Source: an uncultured Bacillota bacterium
GTDB lineage: Bacteria; Bacillota_I; Bacilli_A; RF39; UBA660
Length of the DNA: 60,566 nt
Reading direction: 5' to 3'
Assembly: GCA_946622285.1 (NCBI GenBank)
Contig: CAMOPK010000004.1
Span: 1 to 60,566, forward strand
Made by a program: the position numbers and the translations under genes. Positions 57,793 to 60,566 of the stretch are shown here, in pieces. Positions within the stretch are counted from its first letter, which is position 1; each line of letters starts with the position of its first letter. The notes beneath the pieces are model-generated. The model had not been told where the DNA came from. It saw nothing but the letters and a program-made list of their open reading frames with translations, and ran no database searches.

Positions 57793-57844
57793 CTTTATCA
57801 CCAGTATTTATTATAGCAAAAATAAAAGAGTTTAAAAACTCTTT

Positions 57845-58438
57845 TTAATTATTTTTTGAATATATACAACCACAATATACTTGACGATATAAGTCATACA
57901 TTTTAGAAAGCTCAATACTTCTTTTATAGCCATTATTCTTTTTAAAATCACTTGGCAAATATTTAATATTATATTTTTTTTCTAATTCTAGCCCAATTTC
58001 ATTTATAAGTTCAGCATTTTTATATGGACTTACTGTTAAAGTGGTTGCAAAATAATCATATTTATTAGAAAGTGCATATTTTGCACTTTCTTCTAAACGA
58101 TATTGATAGCATAAATGACATCTTTCCCCACCTTCTTTTTCAGATGCATAAGAAGAAGCCATCTTATAAAATTTTTCTTGATCAAATTCAGGTTTTATTA
58201 CTTCAATATATTCCAAATTCATTCCTTTTAACAACTTAGCAAATTGATCATATCTCTTATTATATTCATCTAAGTCACTCATATTTGGATTGAAATAATA
58301 AATTGTAATATCAAAATATTCATGTAAAAGTTCTAAAACATAACTAGAACAAGGGGCACAACAAGCATGCAAAAGTAATCTTGGTTTCTTATCAAATGAC
58401 TTAATTATTTCAAACATTTTTAAATGATAATTATTCAT
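57845..58438 (-). CDS. queH: Epoxyqueuosine reductase QueH (DUF208)
   Basis: LLHACCAPCS, EGGERCHLCY, TTLTVSPYKN, LYRQVYCGCIYS. Confidence 0.92.
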   Translation of the reverse strand: MNNYHLKMFEIIKSFDKKPRLLLHACCAPCSSYVLELLHEYFDITIYYFNPNMSDLDEYNKRYDQFAKLLKGMNLEYIEVIKPEFDQEKFYKMASSYASEKEGGERCHLCYQYRLEESAKYALSNKYDYFATTLTVSPYKNAELINEIGLELEKKYNIKYLPSDFKKNNGYKRSIELSKMYDLYRQVYCGCIYSKNN

Positions 58439-60524
58439 TTGTTTCAACCTTTTCTGTTGTTACTCTTGTCTCAACTATTTCAGTTATAGCACCAGTTTCT
58501 TCATTTTTATCAAGTGGTTCTGCTGGCTTATACTTTTTTAGAACTTTATTTAAATATACAAAATAATTGTTTTTTATTGCTAATGCACTCATTTTCATAT
58601 CTAGAGTAAGACCATTATTTATTTTTTTTATGTCTTCAATTTTATAATAATTATCATAATATTTGACATTACTATTAGCAGCATTATAATATGCATGCTC
58701 ATTTTTCCAAGAACCATCAGCAAATACTATTCTACTTTCATAATCATTTGCCAAAGCATCATGTCCAAGATATAATCTTGGGTCATAATCAAGATTAAAC
58801 AAATTGGCAAGAGTTGGAGTTAAATTCATATATGTTGTATATTGAGTATATTCAGTTGGTTTTAAACTTGGATTATAAATAACAAATGGTGTTTTTTCAG
58901 CAAGTGAATCGTTTGTGACATTATAACCTAAAACTTTTTCTATATTTGCTTTTGCTAAGCCATACGGATAATGATCGGCAAATAAAACAATAACTGTATC
59001 ATCAAGTAAGTTTCGTTCTTCCAAGCCTTTCATTAAGATACCAAGACTATTATCTAATACTTTTAATTTAGACATATATCTTTTTGTTGTAATATTATAT
59101 TTAGTATCTTTAAACTCATTTAAATATAAATCACCATATGGACTTGAGAACGAATATGGTTGATGTGAACTAACTGTTGTAAGCCATGTCATAAATTTAG
59201 TGTTATCATCATATTTATCGATGATAGTTAAAAACTTCTTCATGAAATCTTCATCACTAGCCCATTTTCCATATTCATAATAAAATGGAATTTTTAATTC
59301 TTGAACGCCATAATATTTTTTACTTCCCATATTAGTATGAATAGTACTTCTACGATAATATCCTTCTGTATAATTATGCATTGAAGTTGTTTCATACCCA
59401 CTATTATTAAACAGATTAAATATTGCTTCATAATAAGTGTTAGTTTTATATTTATTTGCAGTACAAGAATCATTAATTGAATATAAACTAATCATTCCAC
59501 TCATTTCATTGTTTCCTGTTGCACAACTATTTCTAGGAGAATAATGATTAGCGAAATGCCATCCATTAGTATAAAGTTTATAAAAGTTTGGGTAAAATTC
59601 TTCATTAATCATAATGTCATTGACTGATTCCATCATGATTACTATCAAATTCTTATTTTCAAATAATCCTGTATAATCGTTTTTGTCAGTTATATCTCGA
59701 TTTATGAAATATTTATTTAAATTATTGTATGTTGAATTCTTTTCGTTTGTAATTGCATCTTTCCAAGCACGATCATCAATAAGTCTTGTGTTATCTGTAA
59801 TTTCTTCACTTTTTTCTTTTAAAGGTTCTTCAATTTTAATTTCTTCCTCTTCTGCTTTAGGTAAAATCAAAGATTTAATGTCTAAAACTCCATAACCTAT
59901 AGTACCAAATTCCATGATTGTAATACTAGGAACAGATGGATTCTTAACAAGTTCAATATTACTAACTTGTTGAAGATTATTTTGCATGAAATTAGCTGTA
60001 AGTGTATATCTATAAGTAAAACTTAAGGTTATTAATGCTACTGATACAAAAATTAAATAGAATGCACTTTTCTTTGCAAATTCGAAATATTTAATTTTCT
60101 TTCTAAAGATAATTAATAGAACTACTGTTATGATTAAAGGAATAAATATTACCCAATAATATAAAGGAAGACTAGTTAAAAATTCAATTATATAATCAGT
60201 AACTGCACCTAATTGACTTGATGCTCCAAAAGACATATATACTCCAAGATAAGTAATAAATCCTATTTGGGCGAATGTATACATTGAAAAAATAACTGCT
60301 ATTAGTATTGCAAGAATCTTAGATATTTTTTCATTTAATGCACTTATTAATAGTGAAATAATAATTGCTACTACATTTAAACCTAAAAAGATGCGTAAAG
60401 AAGCCCAACTAAAAACAGCAAAATTACTTAATACTCGAAATATTAATTCTGCTAAAAATAGATTTATTAATAATATTAAATAGTTAAATAAAAATTTACT
60501 GAAATATGTCGCCTTTTTATTCAT
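58431..60524 (-). CDS. LTA synthase family / sulfatase-domain membrane protein
   Basis: 5 N-terminal TM; NLIVIMMES, ATGNNE (Thr nucleophile), SSHQPY, VLFADHYP. Confidence 0.85.
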   Translation of the reverse strand: MNKKATYFSKFLFNYLILLINLFLAELIFRVLSNFAVFSWASLRIFLGLNVVAIIISLLISALNEKISKILAILIAVIFSMYTFAQIGFITYLGVYMSFGASSQLGAVTDYIIEFLTSLPLYYWVIFIPLIITVVLLIIFRKKIKYFEFAKKSAFYLIFVSVALITLSFTYRYTLTANFMQNNLQQVSNIELVKNPSVPSITIMEFGTIGYGVLDIKSLILPKAEEEEIKIEEPLKEKSEEITDNTRLIDDRAWKDAITNEKNSTYNNLNKYFINRDITDKNDYTGLFENKNLIVIMMESVNDIMINEEFYPNFYKLYTNGWHFANHYSPRNSCATGNNEMSGMISLYSINDSCTANKYKTNTYYEAIFNLFNNSGYETTSMHNYTEGYYRRSTIHTNMGSKKYYGVQELKIPFYYEYGKWASDEDFMKKFLTIIDKYDDNTKFMTWLTTVSSHQPYSFSSPYGDLYLNEFKDTKYNITTKRYMSKLKVLDNSLGILMKGLEERNLLDDTVIVLFADHYPYGLAKANIEKVLGYNVTNDSLAEKTPFVIYNPSLKPTEYTQYTTYMNLTPTLANLFNLDYDPRLYLGHDALANDYESRIVFADGSWKNEHAYYNAANSNVKYYDNYYKIEDIKKINNGLTLDMKMSALAIKNNYFVYLNKVLKKYKPAEPLDKNEETGAITEIVETRVTTEKVETNE

Positions 60525-60566
60525 AACATCACGTCCATACTGATTATATCATAAAATATTAAAAAG

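Overview
A ~60.6 kb, very AT-rich chromosomal segment read in the standard genetic code, with almost all genes on the minus strand. It most likely comes from a small-genome, walled Bacilli lineage (RF39/Erysipelotrichales-like; taxonomy inferred). Housekeeping genes include alr, yvcK, murC, murT-gatD, murJ, an ltaS-like gene, parE, a short smc, sufU-sufB, ssbB, upp, uraA, lspA-rluD and queH, plus two divergent tRNA-Gly genes. Lineage-specific orphans are interspersed. No integrase, transposase, prophage core gene or CRISPR array was seen. Most notable: (1) upp and the uracil permease gene each carry an unannotated promoter, U-rich leader ORF and overlapping terminator, an E. coli pyrBI-like, apparently PyrR-independent attenuator layout unexpected in Bacilli; (2) a yybP-ykoY (Mn2+) riboswitch in front of a soluble PGDYG-like protein, with a second RBS-occluding helix; (3) an orphan ~90-nt structured RNA with a perfect sigma-A promoter and a terminator; (4) a tandem pair of HipA/CtkA-like kinases with no antitoxin; (5) a CotH-VTC-DUF4956 operon and a stripped-down flavinylation (ApbE/EetA/EetB/PplA-like) module. 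All calls come from motif recognition by eye; no searches were run. Several starts were moved downstream of the ORF track where the RBS supports it.
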